A DNA stretch of 61,452 bases, from the sequence record PQ826432.1; one strand, written 5' to 3'. Position numbers and translations under genes: made by a program. Origin of the DNA: a phage. The notes below the pieces were generated by a model. It was not told the origin of the DNA. It made no database searches and worked only from the letters and a program-made list of their open reading frames with translations. Shown here in pieces: positions 1-11,000 of this stretch. Position 1 is the stretch's first letter. Each line of letters starts with the position of its first letter.

Positions 1-77
1 CCACTTCATACGGTTGAATATACGCACGGCTATCCCGAAGATGGAAATCCCCTACCCCGTAATTCATTACCCCGTTC
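1..77. repeat. 77-nt terminal overlap, identical to 61376..61452 (circular-permutation or assembly junction)
   Basis: exact identity of window start and end read directly. Confidence 0.9.
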
Positions 78-301
78 ATTGTTGGACCAACTGTACCTGT
101 GTTAATCAGGTTCTCTACCCAACGTTTAGTTGTCGCATCATAATCGCTAACGGGGTCCCCAGCTAAGGGTGTAGACCCAATTGGTCGAACGTTTAACCAC
201 GCAGCAGCACGGTCCGCAAGATCAGATAAGTTATTACTTTTATCCATCTTTTCGGATTTAAGCTTTGTAATGTCCTGAGGGATATTAGTATGAGTAGTCA
301 T
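1..301 (-). CDS. tail fibre protein, N-terminal segment; continues in-frame into 60024..61452 across the junction
   Basis: ATG at 299..301 with GAGGT 6 nt upstream, directly after stop of 312..578; no stop in frame down to codon 65..67, which equals the track start of ORF 60024..61442. Confidence 0.5.
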   Translation of the reverse strand, partial: MTTHTNIPQDITKLKSEKMDKSNNLSDLADRAAAWLNVRPIGSTPLAGDPVSDYDATTKRWVENLINTGTVGPTMNGVMNYGVGDFHLRDSRAYIQPYEV

Positions 302-311
302 TGCTTACCTC

Positions 312-578
312 TTATGCCCATTTACGTACACAAGGATTCTTAATAATAAATTGTTCAAGATCTGACAAGTCCACATTGTCCCCTATTATTCTTATGTTTA
401 TATAATAACCCTCTTTACCAATGACAACTGGAGTCTTACTTTTCGGGTCATCTACTATGAGGACAAAACCAATTTCATCTACAAACACTTTACCGTAGTT
501 TGTCTTAAGCCACTCACTATTAATGACAACATCCCGATAATGTTTTTCGTCTTTAAATTGTAAATTAATATCTTTCAT
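312..578 (-). CDS. hypothetical protein (88 aa)
   Basis: ORF track; ATG with GGGAG upstream; stop overlaps SD of next gene. Confidence 0.5.
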   Translation of the reverse strand: MKDINLQFKDEKHYRDVVINSEWLKTNYGKVFVDEIGFVLIVDDPKSKTPVVIGKEGYYINIRIIGDNVDLSDLEQFIIKNPCVRKWA

Positions 579-2684
579 TTAAACTTTCTCCCTCATCTGA
601 CCATCTGTTAATACCCGATTCCATACTCTAAGGTTTCGTATGTGTCCATATAATTTACTTGAATCGGAATGTCTTCCACCTATTTCTACTAGCGAGTCCG
701 AGTCCGTTCCTTTCCATGTAAAACCGTGTGAGGTCCCCCCCTTATTCCCATTAACAAATGAGGTGACATCTCCATTACCACTAAAAATAAAACCAAATAC
801 ATGTGAAGAAAATTGTTTTTCAAATGAATAACCCCTGGACAATATAGATGATCCATCCTCATTTACCACATACACATAAGGTGTAACGGAGGTTCTGTCA
901 AATTCCGCAACAAATGCTTTTCCTCTTACGTAGTATTGGTTATTATCCATTATCATTGGGTATGTATTATCTAATTGAAAGCTATCCCAGTTAACGCTCA
1001 CTTCAGCAAGGAATGAAATATTTGTCCCTGAGAAATTATTTCTTGCAGGTATAGTAACATAATCCACAGCCCTTGTTGCAGGAGTGCTTCCCGTAATAAT
1101 GAAGGAGGATGCACAAAAACCCTTTTCAAATTGCGGAGTACAAAATGATATTGTATCCCCAACTTGCAAGTTATCCCCGTTAGAGCCGCGAGCATAGTTA
1201 ATACTCCCAATCATGGCACCTGCAATATCAGAAAATTTACATGTTATTTCAACTTTCAGCCATCCATTATCTTCTTTGATGATTCTGTGTGTTACAGTTC
1301 CTCTAGCTTCTAGTGTATATGTCACCTCCCCTGTGTCGCATGACACTATAGATCTTGCAACAAGAATAAGGGCATTATCTTCCCCTAACGCATAGAATTG
1401 AGGAATTATGGAAATATTAGTTGCTTTCACTCTAATAGATAAGGTTGCGTATTCGTTCTGTTCACAATATATGTTGTTATTGTATTCGCAATAAAATAGT
1501 GATGGTGTATCACCTTGACCGTTTTCATTTGCGGTTGCGGTAGTATATGTAAATCCATATTTATCAACGCCGTAGGTAACGTCGCTACGATACTTATCAC
1601 TATTCAATGAAGATGGGTCATTGCTGTAAGTTATGTGGTTTGTCCTCTGCCCTTCAATTAAGAGTCCTTGCTTTTCAAATCTAGGTTCATCTATACCGGC
1701 AATACAAAACTCACCGTGCTTATTTATGTATGTTGCATTTGATGCACGCGAGAAGCTAACAACCTTATCAGAAGGCATTGTAATAACATCTTCACCAACT
1801 GTTATTTTCTTATAGCCTGGCGAGTAACCTGCAAGCATATCAAGCGAGTCATTAAATGGGATCCACACGTCAGGGAAAGGTTGAAGATCCGGAGCCCTGT
1901 TAGCTGCAACTTCCGCACGGTCTGCTTCTGCCTTTGCACGATCCGCGTCGTTTTTAGCTGCGGTTGCGCTTGTACCTGCGTTGCTTGCTTGTTTTCCAGC
2001 TTCGGTGGCGCTATTGCTTGCTTGTGTAGCAGACGCGGCAGCGGCGTCTTTTAGCGCGGTAGTTTCCGTTACTGCACTGTCCTTAATACCCTGTGTGTCT
2101 GCTTTTAACTGCTCAACGTCAGATTTTAGACCTTGAATTGTGGTCACAGCTTGTGATGCAGTATTAGCGGAACCAGCAGCGCCAGCCTGTGCTTGTTTAG
2201 CAGCGTCTTCGCTAGCTTTAGCATCATTTTTATAGACAAGTGCATCCGAAGCAGATTGAGCAGCCGAAGCCTTACTATTGCGAGCGTCCGTAGCATCTGC
2301 GTTTGCCGCCGCAGCAGAGCGACCAGCTTGCAAAGCATATTCTTCAGAGTTAGCTACAAGTTGTTGGACTTGTTTAATAACGTCCGGAGTTAATTCTTCT
2401 GGTGCCCAGTTAATTAAATAACCGTTCAGCGAACCTTCAGGGCTGTCGGAATAAATGACGATCTCACCAGCTTTATAAGGCTCAAGACCCTGCGGCCCAA
2501 TGATTACTTTGTAATGCCCCGCTTGTACAGTTACATTATAAGCACCTTCTCCATCTGTACGAAATACAGCCTCGCTACCATTAAGAACGGTAATTGTGTT
2601 CCCTTTTGCTAAAAGAGCAACGGTAGCGTTAACAATCGGTTTATTTAAACCATCTGTCAAAATACCATATAAACGAGTTGCCAT
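579..2684 (-). CDS. tail fibre protein (Ala-rich coiled-coil shaft, beta-rich C-terminal domain)
   Basis: ORF track 579..2714; start moved to ATG at 2684 (AGAGG SD; track start is TTG); composition typical of phage fibres. Confidence 0.65.
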   Translation of the reverse strand: MATRLYGILTDGLNKPIVNATVALLAKGNTITVLNGSEAVFRTDGEGAYNVTVQAGHYKVIIGPQGLEPYKAGEIVIYSDSPEGSLNGYLINWAPEELTPDVIKQVQQLVANSEEYALQAGRSAAAANADATDARNSKASAAQSASDALVYKNDAKASEDAAKQAQAGAAGSANTASQAVTTIQGLKSDVEQLKADTQGIKDSAVTETTALKDAAAASATQASNSATEAGKQASNAGTSATAAKNDADRAKAEADRAEVAANRAPDLQPFPDVWIPFNDSLDMLAGYSPGYKKITVGEDVITMPSDKVVSFSRASNATYINKHGEFCIAGIDEPRFEKQGLLIEGQRTNHITYSNDPSSLNSDKYRSDVTYGVDKYGFTYTTATANENGQGDTPSLFYCEYNNNIYCEQNEYATLSIRVKATNISIIPQFYALGEDNALILVARSIVSCDTGEVTYTLEARGTVTHRIIKEDNGWLKVEITCKFSDIAGAMIGSINYARGSNGDNLQVGDTISFCTPQFEKGFCASSFIITGSTPATRAVDYVTIPARNNFSGTNISFLAEVSVNWDSFQLDNTYPMIMDNNQYYVRGKAFVAEFDRTSVTPYVYVVNEDGSSILSRGYSFEKQFSSHVFGFIFSGNGDVTSFVNGNKGGTSHGFTWKGTDSDSLVEIGGRHSDSSKLYGHIRNLRVWNRVLTDGQMREKV

Positions 2685-2808
2685 TTTTACCTCTTGTTTC
2701 GCAGAGTTGATCAATTAATGGATGCACTATGGCATACAAATATGGTAAATTAAATTAGAATATAAAACAATATTGTCTATCATCTTTAACCACATTGTTG
2801 GAGTAATT

Positions 2809-3774
2809 ATGCCAGAGGGTATTTATATAAACTACAATGACGGCAGGCCTGCAATGCAGATAACAGCAGGATTACGCGCCCCGTCTTTTTGCGCCAACTT
2901 CAATCAACGCTGTCAATCCGATAAAACTCTAACCATCAATACACCTTTAACGCCGGGATCGCAGCTTATCGTTGTTATGACTAACCCCGTTGAAGTATTA
3001 GAAGTATTTGATCAGACGCTAGTTATCCCTGATCCAATGTATGTAACGTCTGTAACTCGAAACGGTGACGGTGGGGTGACGTTGCGAGGCGCGGATGGAC
3101 TTGGCGCTTATAGTGGATTGCCGCAATGGGCAGGGGTAATTATGGAAGTGTTACCTGTAGGAACGCGAAACGAGGGTCTATTTGTAGCTAACTCCACGGA
3201 CTTCACAGCAATATCCAACGCAGCCTTTCTCATGACTTGTCAGTATTCCCAGTACGTATGGGTTAACGGCAGTATGCCATTACCTGTCGGTGGTGTTCCG
3301 TTTGCTCGCTGGAACGACCCTAACGTATCAGTAGGTTTTGATGGTTCGAATATTATCGTTCGCAACGCAGCATATGGTGGAATTGATGACGTATCAGCTT
3401 CTGTTGGGATGGAATTAGTAATATTTAATAACACTCCCCCACAGCCTGGTGATGGTATTACCATGACGAACAGCGCGGGGCAGGTTACGTTCTCCACGGT
3501 TAAGAAGCCTTTTGTATTCAACGGAACAGTAGATCTTAGCGCGGGCTGGCAAAATATTGGTAACAGCTTAATACAACTTGCATACACAGGCACGCTTATT
3601 GAGAACAACGGGGGTTATAATCACATTCGCATGAACGGGATTCGTATGGCGGATAATGTGGTAGGTGCTGCAAGAAACCGCGTGGTAGGCAACTACTCGC
3701 GACAACAATTCCAAATGCCCGGTCGTAACGTGGTAATCTCAACACCGCTCATAGCTATACCAAATATGTATTAA
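2809..3774 (+). CDS. hypothetical protein, opposite-strand gene inside the tail module
   Basis: ORF track 2773..3774; ATG at 2809 with GGAG SD; own terminator downstream. Confidence 0.5.
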   Translation: MPEGIYINYNDGRPAMQITAGLRAPSFCANFNQRCQSDKTLTINTPLTPGSQLIVVMTNPVEVLEVFDQTLVIPDPMYVTSVTRNGDGGVTLRGADGLGAYSGLPQWAGVIMEVLPVGTRNEGLFVANSTDFTAISNAAFLMTCQYSQYVWVNGSMPLPVGGVPFARWNDPNVSVGFDGSNIIVRNAAYGGIDDVSASVGMELVIFNNTPPQPGDGITMTNSAGQVTFSTVKKPFVFNGTVDLSAGWQNIGNSLIQLAYTGTLIENNGGYNHIRMNGIRMADNVVGAARNRVVGNYSRQQFQMPGRNVVISTPLIAIPNMY

Positions 3775-3775
3775 T

Positions 3776-3797
3776 AAACGGGGCATGCGCCCCGTTT
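3776..3797. terminator. bidirectional stem-loop between convergent genes
   Basis: 9-bp stem AAACGGGGC/GCCCCGTTT, 4-nt loop, A/T-rich flanks on both strands. Confidence 0.6.
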
Positions 3798-3806
3798 ATT
3801 ATTTAA

Positions 3807-6458
3807 TCACCAGCGTCCTACTATGACAACCCCCCCACCGGATAACGGAACGCGAATACCATTACTATCAATTGTAATACCTCCATTTCCGTTGAAACCA
3901 AATTGACCAGCGTTAGCAATGACCGTCCCTCTGACGGTAACGTTATTAAATACGCAATAACCGTCTTTTGTAATTGCCCAACCTTGATCGTTACCATTCC
4001 AGTTATTGGACTGAATAACATTACCAATCTTGGCGTTGGTGATTGAGCCATTCTCAATAAAGGCTTCTTGTAAGAAACTTTGACCGTTTTTAATAGCAAA
4101 AGCAAGCTGTGCTGCTCCCGCTACAGGATTATAAATAGCGAAGTTGTCCGCACTCACCATGAAGTAAGACTGGAATTGACCTCCGCTACCTTCTATACCT
4201 AACTGCATACCGGCGACATATTTATTACCGTTACTATCAATCTGAACTTTTTGTCCCCATTGGGCAGAGAGTTTACCATTAAGATCTGCTAATGCTTGGG
4301 ATTGTTGTTGAACTGTGACTACAACATCCCCGACACTTGTCTGAACAGAATCTATCTTGGAAGCTTGACCTTCTACCACTTTGGATAATTCTGTTACACC
4401 GTCATCAACCTTTTGCACAGTCTCCATGAGGTTTTTGAAAGTCTCAGTTTCTTGAAACTCTTTATCCATGATTTCTATAATCTGTGCGGTTTCTGCCCAT
4501 ACACGAGCTTCAACTTCCACAAACTCGGACGAGCCAAAGGCGTTGATAGTTCTTATATACCAGTAATAAGTGTGGTCATTGAGTAAGTTATTTTTCTGCC
4601 ATATAGTTCCCATACCTTCACGGGTAGCATCACGCTCAACAACATCTGTATTAGCAGATGCCAGTTTTGTTTCACCAGACGTCCAGAAATCAAATTGCGT
4701 GCTAACACTAGTCAGCTCTGCAATCTTTGGTATAAGAGTTAAAGAAAAATAACCGTTCTGTATCTCGACAGATGAAGGCGGCGGTGGAGCTTGAATATTA
4801 AACTCCAGATAAGCTTCCGGTGATATTGCACCGCTGTGAGATACAGCTTGAACGTGCGCAGTATACGCCCCACGAAGCAGCCCAGTAACACGAACGCTTT
4901 GGCCAGGGACTTGTGCGGTCCAAATAGTAACGCCTCCCTGTCGCACAGCTACGCGGTTATATGCGACTTGCCCCATGTTTGTCCAGGATAATACCCCCTG
5001 TACCACATCACTGATTTGCAATATCTGGTATTGAAGATTTTGAGGTTGAGCAACACCACCACTTGGCAAGTCTACAAGATCCGGTCTGTCCATAGGTTTA
5101 CCAATTGCATCGTCCCACATTTCCAGGAAATCTTGACGTAATGTAAGGTTAACACCACCTTTAGGGTTAAAAGACCATTTGGTAACGCGCATTTCAACAT
5201 TCTTCATGCCAATCTGCGTGATGGTAACTTTTACATACATTCCTGGACGGAACTTATAACCCTTCATGTTACAAGGGATTTCAATTGTACGTCCAACACG
5301 TTTACGACGTAGAATAATATTAGACAAACGTTGTGCCTGATATTCACTAGTTACAAAACGAAAATCCATGTCCTGAGTTATTTCCCCGCCATCCTTTTCC
5401 ACCCATTCCTTAACCACAACTGGAGGGAAGTCTGCTTCAACGTAGTTCTGCTTCGGATCAATAAATGTCCCTGTGATGGTGTTTGTGCGCTCCTTATAAG
5501 AAGTCTCTGGAACAATCTTAATATCCCCAGCAATACAACTTTCGTCCAGCGTCATTGTTGCTGGACCGTAATATGCGCCAACCAGAAGACCGTGTTTACC
5601 CGCCACATACGTTAGCTCGCCGCCACAAGCTTGCAACATAGCATCCAGAATTTTGGAGGGGGCTTCATCTACTTCAAATTCACCGTTAATTTTATAACGG
5701 CGCTCTGTAGAACCATCAGCGTTATTGACGTATTCATCACAGATGTTAGCAGCTTCTTTGAACTGGTCCCAGTTAATATCTTCATCTTTTCGCTTTAAAT
5801 ACGTGCGGAAGTAATCAAGTATTACTAAAGCTGCATTATCGCTAAATATGGTATAGCCAGAACGAGGATCATATACACGGCGTCCTCTTTTAAGAAGCTT
5901 AATGTTTGGCAAACCAGAAGGGAATTTTTCTGCATTAAATTTAAAGCTAATGCGAAGCCATGCAATCCCTTTCCCAATCATATCCTCTTTCCAGGAAGGG
6001 CAATTGCTTAACATGAATGGATCTACAGTCTGACGGTCGTTATGAAATTCCCAAGTAACATACTGTTCGAAAGTCTGTACAAGATCATCCCCAAGCCAAA
6101 TATCACCAATCCCCTCCAATGGATGTGAAGCTACAACAAGCGCCATATGCAGGAGTTCGTCTTCGTCTTGATCACCAGGCTGCTCCTCGGCAAACGTCAT
6201 AACACCGGAAGCAACCGTTGTCCCGTATACTACTGTTCGGGACGCTGCGGCTGCTCGTAAAACCTGCTTACGCTCTTGTTGGCCTTTATAAGCATTAAAG
6301 TTCATATTAGGTGTCTTAGTTAAAAGAGCACCTGCCGCAGTTGCAGCCATACCAATAGCCAAAGCTACGCCCGTAGCAATCCACCCCGCCGCAGCGGCAG
6401 CGGAAGCACCTAAAGCTATTGCTGCTCCAATTATTGCTGGTGGCATTAGACCCTCCAA
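3807..6458 (-). CDS. tail tip / host specificity protein, lambda J-like
   Basis: 883 aa; segments YYWYIRTINAFGSSEFVEVEA and FNIQAPPPPSSVEIQNGYF recall lambda gpJ by memory; position after minor tail genes; true start uncertain. Confidence 0.75.
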   Translation of the reverse strand: MEGLMPPAIIGAAIALGASAAAAAGWIATGVALAIGMAATAAGALLTKTPNMNFNAYKGQQERKQVLRAAAASRTVVYGTTVASGVMTFAEEQPGDQDEDELLHMALVVASHPLEGIGDIWLGDDLVQTFEQYVTWEFHNDRQTVDPFMLSNCPSWKEDMIGKGIAWLRISFKFNAEKFPSGLPNIKLLKRGRRVYDPRSGYTIFSDNAALVILDYFRTYLKRKDEDINWDQFKEAANICDEYVNNADGSTERRYKINGEFEVDEAPSKILDAMLQACGGELTYVAGKHGLLVGAYYGPATMTLDESCIAGDIKIVPETSYKERTNTITGTFIDPKQNYVEADFPPVVVKEWVEKDGGEITQDMDFRFVTSEYQAQRLSNIILRRKRVGRTIEIPCNMKGYKFRPGMYVKVTITQIGMKNVEMRVTKWSFNPKGGVNLTLRQDFLEMWDDAIGKPMDRPDLVDLPSGGVAQPQNLQYQILQISDVVQGVLSWTNMGQVAYNRVAVRQGGVTIWTAQVPGQSVRVTGLLRGAYTAHVQAVSHSGAISPEAYLEFNIQAPPPPSSVEIQNGYFSLTLIPKIAELTSVSTQFDFWTSGETKLASANTDVVERDATREGMGTIWQKNNLLNDHTYYWYIRTINAFGSSEFVEVEARVWAETAQIIEIMDKEFQETETFKNLMETVQKVDDGVTELSKVVEGQASKIDSVQTSVGDVVVTVQQQSQALADLNGKLSAQWGQKVQIDSNGNKYVAGMQLGIEGSGGQFQSYFMVSADNFAIYNPVAGAAQLAFAIKNGQSFLQEAFIENGSITNAKIGNVIQSNNWNGNDQGWAITKDGYCVFNNVTVRGTVIANAGQFGFNGNGGITIDSNGIRVPLSGGGVVIVGRW

Positions 6459-6880
6459 ATATCCGTGATTTTGATCTTATTAAGCGGGAATGTTTCCACA
6501 CCGTTCGGGCCCATAGCCCATACATATCCCGTCCATAATATGCCAGCAGTTAAGCCCAATGCTCCCTCAAATGTAACCACATCTCCTCTTTGTGCAAAGT
6601 TCTTATCAACACGCTCACTCAGGTAAGCATCCAGCAAGGTTGGAAGATAAGCTGTTCCGACTTTTTCAATTGAAAATCGCTTGCTTCCAAGCTCTGTGCT
6701 ATATTTACCTGCTATCTGATTATAAATATTTGTGTTGTATTGTGCATCAACACATTTAGCGGCAAACGTACAGCAATCGTTTTCGCCCCAAGAAAAAGGA
6801 GTCGATGCTAACTCCTTTACTGTGGTTAATAAACGTGTCTGCCATCCTGGCATTTTACTCATACGTGAATCCTGGCGCAT
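6446..6880 (-). CDS. tail assembly protein, K-like (possible NlpC/P60-type Cys)
   Basis: ORF track 6446..7030; start moved to ATG 6880 with GGGGGAG SD; position between L-like and J-like. Confidence 0.4.
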   Translation of the reverse strand: MRQDSRMSKMPGWQTRLLTTVKELASTPFSWGENDCCTFAAKCVDAQYNTNIYNQIAGKYSTELGSKRFSIEKVGTAYLPTLLDAYLSERVDKNFAQRGDVVTFEGALGLTAGILWTGYVWAMGPNGVETFPLNKIKITDIWRV

Positions 6881-7439
6881 CTTTTTTACTCCCCCAAAAG
6901 ATTGAACGTTCAGCCATTTGCGCAACATATCTAAAGAACCGATCACCCGGATGTAAACGTTGCTGACTTTCATCCGTATAGCGATCCGGTAAACCCTGCG
7001 ACCAACGCTCAAAGACATTGGCAATAACATAACTCAACGCATTCTGTTGACCTGCTTGTAAAGCAGTGTCTGTGATAAACCCTTCAAATAATACGTTTGC
7101 ACCAGTGACAACGCCTTGATCGTTCATAACCGCAAGATAGCAAATAACATTGCGGCCAATAACTTCTTCGTTTAACGTTTCTCCTACAAGACTCATATCC
7201 AGACCGCTAAGTGCCATGGACATAGTGCTTGAGCTTGTGCTGTTTTCTTCTGTAACCGATCCAACATCCCCTAGAGTGCCTACACCAAGAAAAGTCTGAC
7301 CATTGATAATAACAGTTCCTGTTCCAGTATGAACGCGGGTTATACCGGAAGGGAAGTCTATTTCCGCTGCCAACACTAGCGCAACGTTTGGTTGCTCCAT
7401 TGCGCTAAGAAGGCTGTCGCTAAACGGACTGAATAACAT
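6855..7439 (-). CDS. minor tail protein (L-like position)
   Basis: ORF track; gene order in tail module. Confidence 0.45.
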   Translation of the reverse strand: MLFSPFSDSLLSAMEQPNVALVLAAEIDFPSGITRVHTGTGTVIINGQTFLGVGTLGDVGSVTEENSTSSSTMSMALSGLDMSLVGETLNEEVIGRNVICYLAVMNDQGVVTGANVLFEGFITDTALQAGQQNALSYVIANVFERWSQGLPDRYTDESQQRLHPGDRFFRYVAQMAERSIFWGSKKDAPGFTYE

Positions 7440-8023
7440 TAAAATGCCTCCGAGAATTTTAAAGTAAAGGAGTTATTAAAAGCAGGCTGACGTTTAACTC
7501 CATTTGTGTTTTCGGCTAAACGGAAAGATCCTTGTGGTTTCTGAGTTTCAATCTTTGCACCGTTTGGAGGGATGCTTCTTAACATCGGGGCAATATTTAA
7601 AATCACGTTACCAGAAGAATCACTCCAAGCATCTTCTGTTATTAATTTTAATTCATTGTTCACTGCGATGTAGTCCCCTTCCCATAATACCTTACGGTCA
7701 GGAGTCCAGCCCTTAGTTGACAAAGTTGTCCCAGTGTTATTTGCCCCATTGACCACAGGTGATCCCATTGGAGGCCGACCCCAGCGACCAAAATCCTGAA
7801 GCATAATGCGACCAGCTTTGCCATCAAGTTTAGCTAACGTTGATTCAAGCTTTCTGGATTGCCAGTCATTTAAGTTGCTAAATGTCAGTGTCGCTTCCCA
7901 TCGTGATCCAGGATAGGACACAGTTTGGGAAGCCCCATTGAAGGGGCTTGTAAATTCTACAGCGTTTGAGACTAGATACCATTCCATTTCCGATGGTCTA
8001 AGCTCTTCGGGCCAAGTGAGCAT
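7439..8023 (-). CDS. minor tail protein (M-like position)
   Basis: ORF track; directly downstream of tape measure. Confidence 0.45.
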   Translation of the reverse strand: MLTWPEELRPSEMEWYLVSNAVEFTSPFNGASQTVSYPGSRWEATLTFSNLNDWQSRKLESTLAKLDGKAGRIMLQDFGRWGRPPMGSPVVNGANNTGTTLSTKGWTPDRKVLWEGDYIAVNNELKLITEDAWSDSSGNVILNIAPMLRSIPPNGAKIETQKPQGSFRLAENTNGVKRQPAFNNSFTLKFSEAF

Positions 8024-8026
8024 ATA

Positions 8027-11000
8027 TTACCCCATTGCAGTTCTACGAATTGTTCCTCGGGATGCAAAGTCAGTAAGAACTTTATTATATCCCTGCTCCG
8101 CACCATCACGAGCTGCTTGCTGCATGGCTTGCGTGAGCGCAGCATCGCCATTTCCTTGCACCGTGATATACTGAACAATGCTAACACCACCGGACATATT
8201 CACGCCACCTTGTTGTGAAGCTTGACTATCCAGGAAGCGATTTAACTTGTCATTAGACGGAGCATTGAGTACACGTTCCCCTTTATCCAGCAACCATGTA
8301 CCTTCGCGCGGAACATTATCAATACCGTCGTGTGCCATGCCGGCAATTGCTAAGCCACCCACAGTAGCAGCCGACGCATAACCCATAGCTTTTACTATAC
8401 CAGCCATAGCTGCGCCCATTGTAGCACCGCCTTGCTGTGTACCCCACGCAAGCGCCGCAGATGCCGCTGTTTCCGTGTTAGAAAGAATTGAGGGAATTTG
8501 CATTGCTTTCTGTGCTGCAAACATTGCTTTATAAATAAAGTTCTGTTTACTAACACCTTCTTCCAGACCTGACAATATAACACCCAACGATTCTTGAGAA
8601 AAGGATATCATCCTGTTCATAAGAACTTTATCCAGGTTTTCCCTTTCCATACTTGCTTTCTTCAGGACTTGTGTTTTAGCATCTTCGTAAAGCTGATAGT
8701 AAGCTAAATCATCCGCTCGCTGTTTTGCATTAAGCTCTGCAATCTTTGTATTTTGCTCGTACGCAATTTTTTCATAGTCTGTCATACCTTCATCTAACAG
8801 ACCCTGAGCAAACTTACGGTTCTTCTTACGCTCGTCCAGTTTCTTTTGAGCTTCTTCTGCATCGTAGATTGCAGCAGCAAGTCTAACAACTTCCTCTTTT
8901 TCCGCAGCCGTTGCAGACGAATTGAGCTTATTAAGTGCCACCGCTTGCGCTTTAGCTTTAGCGTTTTCCTTAACCCCTGTGGTTACTTCGTTAAGCTTGT
9001 TTCGTAAATCGTCAATAACCTTAGCGTTTTGTTGATCTGCCTTAATAGCGTCTTTTGTAGCTTTAGTCCGGTTTCTCTCTGCTTCTTCAAGATCGTAGTT
9101 TTTGCCAAGAGCTTGGGCCAAATCTTGAGCGTATTTAACAAGCTCTTTAGCGGATTCGCTTGTTGCCTCTGAGCTAACGTCCTGACCCATAGCCACTTTG
9201 CGAATAAGACTTCCGTATGTATCCGCATCCTTGCCCAGCGTCTGGTACAGTCCACTAAGGATTGCAGCTTGGCGAGCATTACCAGCGCCCTTAACCGTGT
9301 TAACATCAATCTCACGGTTAACGTCCCCGAGTTGACCTTTAAAGCGATCCAATACTTTTTCGTCAATTAACGGACCGGATTTAATGCTAAGGACAGCCTT
9401 CATATCCGCAGCAAGCTGACGTGCTAGAGGGATTATTTTCTCTATAGCGGGGCTTGTCATTTCAAGCACATTGTTATATCGACGTTGTGCGTCTTCCGCG
9501 CGTTCAGCAGCTAGCTTGACGTTATCCGTAGCAATCTGTAAGTTCTTTTCCGCACTAGCAGTATCTCGACCGGATGCAGCTCGACGTTTTAATTGTGCTT
9601 CGTAGAACTTCTGCGTTTCCGTTGCAGATTTTAGAGCGGTCTGTTCCCGCTTCATTTGCTCTTCAAGCTCAGGAAGGATTGCTCTAGCTTTGACCGCGTT
9701 AGCTGCCAACTGAGCTTCTGTCATTTGCATCAGTTTTTCGCGTACACTGTCAACACTATCTGCAAACTGATTGTTTTCCGCACGACCCGCTTCCAGCGAC
9801 GCTTTATAGGAGTAAATTGCACCCGCTGCCAGCATTGCTACACCAACAGGACCGCCAATCAACCCCATAGCACCGCGTAGCACGCTCATTGCTGTAGCGG
9901 CTCGGCTTGCGGCTGGTACGGTTGCATTGAGCGCAGCATTGAGCGCTTGCCGCGCTTGTACGTCCGCCATAATTGCCGCAGAATGCGCACGGGTAGCGTT
10001 AATAAGAGCAAGACGTGCGCCTGCTTCCGCTGCCGTACCTTTAGCAACTGCTAATGCACCGCGTGCCACCTGCAACGATGCAAGCGAAGCAGCACGATCC
10101 GCAGCCGCTTTCTGTGCGGTAACGCCAATAGAGCTTTGCATCACCGCAGTAGTTGCCGCCGTTTGTGCAGCTTCCATCCGTGATGCTTTTGCAGCAGCTA
10201 TAGACGCTTTAGTCTTGGCCAACATTGCCGTGATGATACGGGCGGTAATCACTGTGGCTAAAGCTGAACCAACCGTTACAACCGTTCCTAAGTTTTCGGA
10301 TAATGCAACAAACGTCTGTCCCAATGCAGCAACAGCACCTTGAGTCTTTTGGGATTCGCCCATAAACTTAGTCAGGTTGTTTGTTGCAACTGTCCATTGC
10401 TGGTTGAACGTTGGCATAGTGCGGCTAAATTCTTTATCAATTGTATCCGCAGCACCAGACAACGATTTGATAACCACATCGGCTGTTAACTTGCCGCTGT
10501 ACGCCAGCTCACGCAATTGTCCAATAGTAACGCCTAACGAATCGGACATGATTTGAGTTAAGCGCGGCGCTTGTTCTGCAACAGAGCGGAATTCATCCCC
10601 ACGCAGAACACCGGATGCCATTGCTTGCGAAAACTGAATAAGGGCAGCACTTGCTTCATGGGATGTTGCACCGGAAACAATCATTGCTTTGTTAATTGTT
10701 TCCGTGATACGTCCAAGCTCCATACCAGTCATACCAGTATTCTTCATCGCACGCTGGAGACGGGAGTACAGAGTTGCAGTTGCTTCCAAGCTTGTACGTG
10801 ACCGCTGGGCAATATCAAACACGCGTTGCTGCGCATCCGCAACGGTTTCATTACCCGTACGAGCCAGTTCAAGTTTGTTGGTGAGGATAGTCCAGGAGTC
10901 CGATAGCGAAATAACACGGCTAATGGTGTCGACGCTAATCATTCCTACAATTGCAGCATCTAAACGACTTGTGACAGTTGCAAGTTCGTTAGATGTGTTA

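Noticed and set aside
9927-10343. Plus-strand ORFs inside the tape measure gene
   Set aside because: Antisense to a 1038-aa gene with a clear helical Ala-rich product; Ala/Arg/Cys-rich artefact composition.
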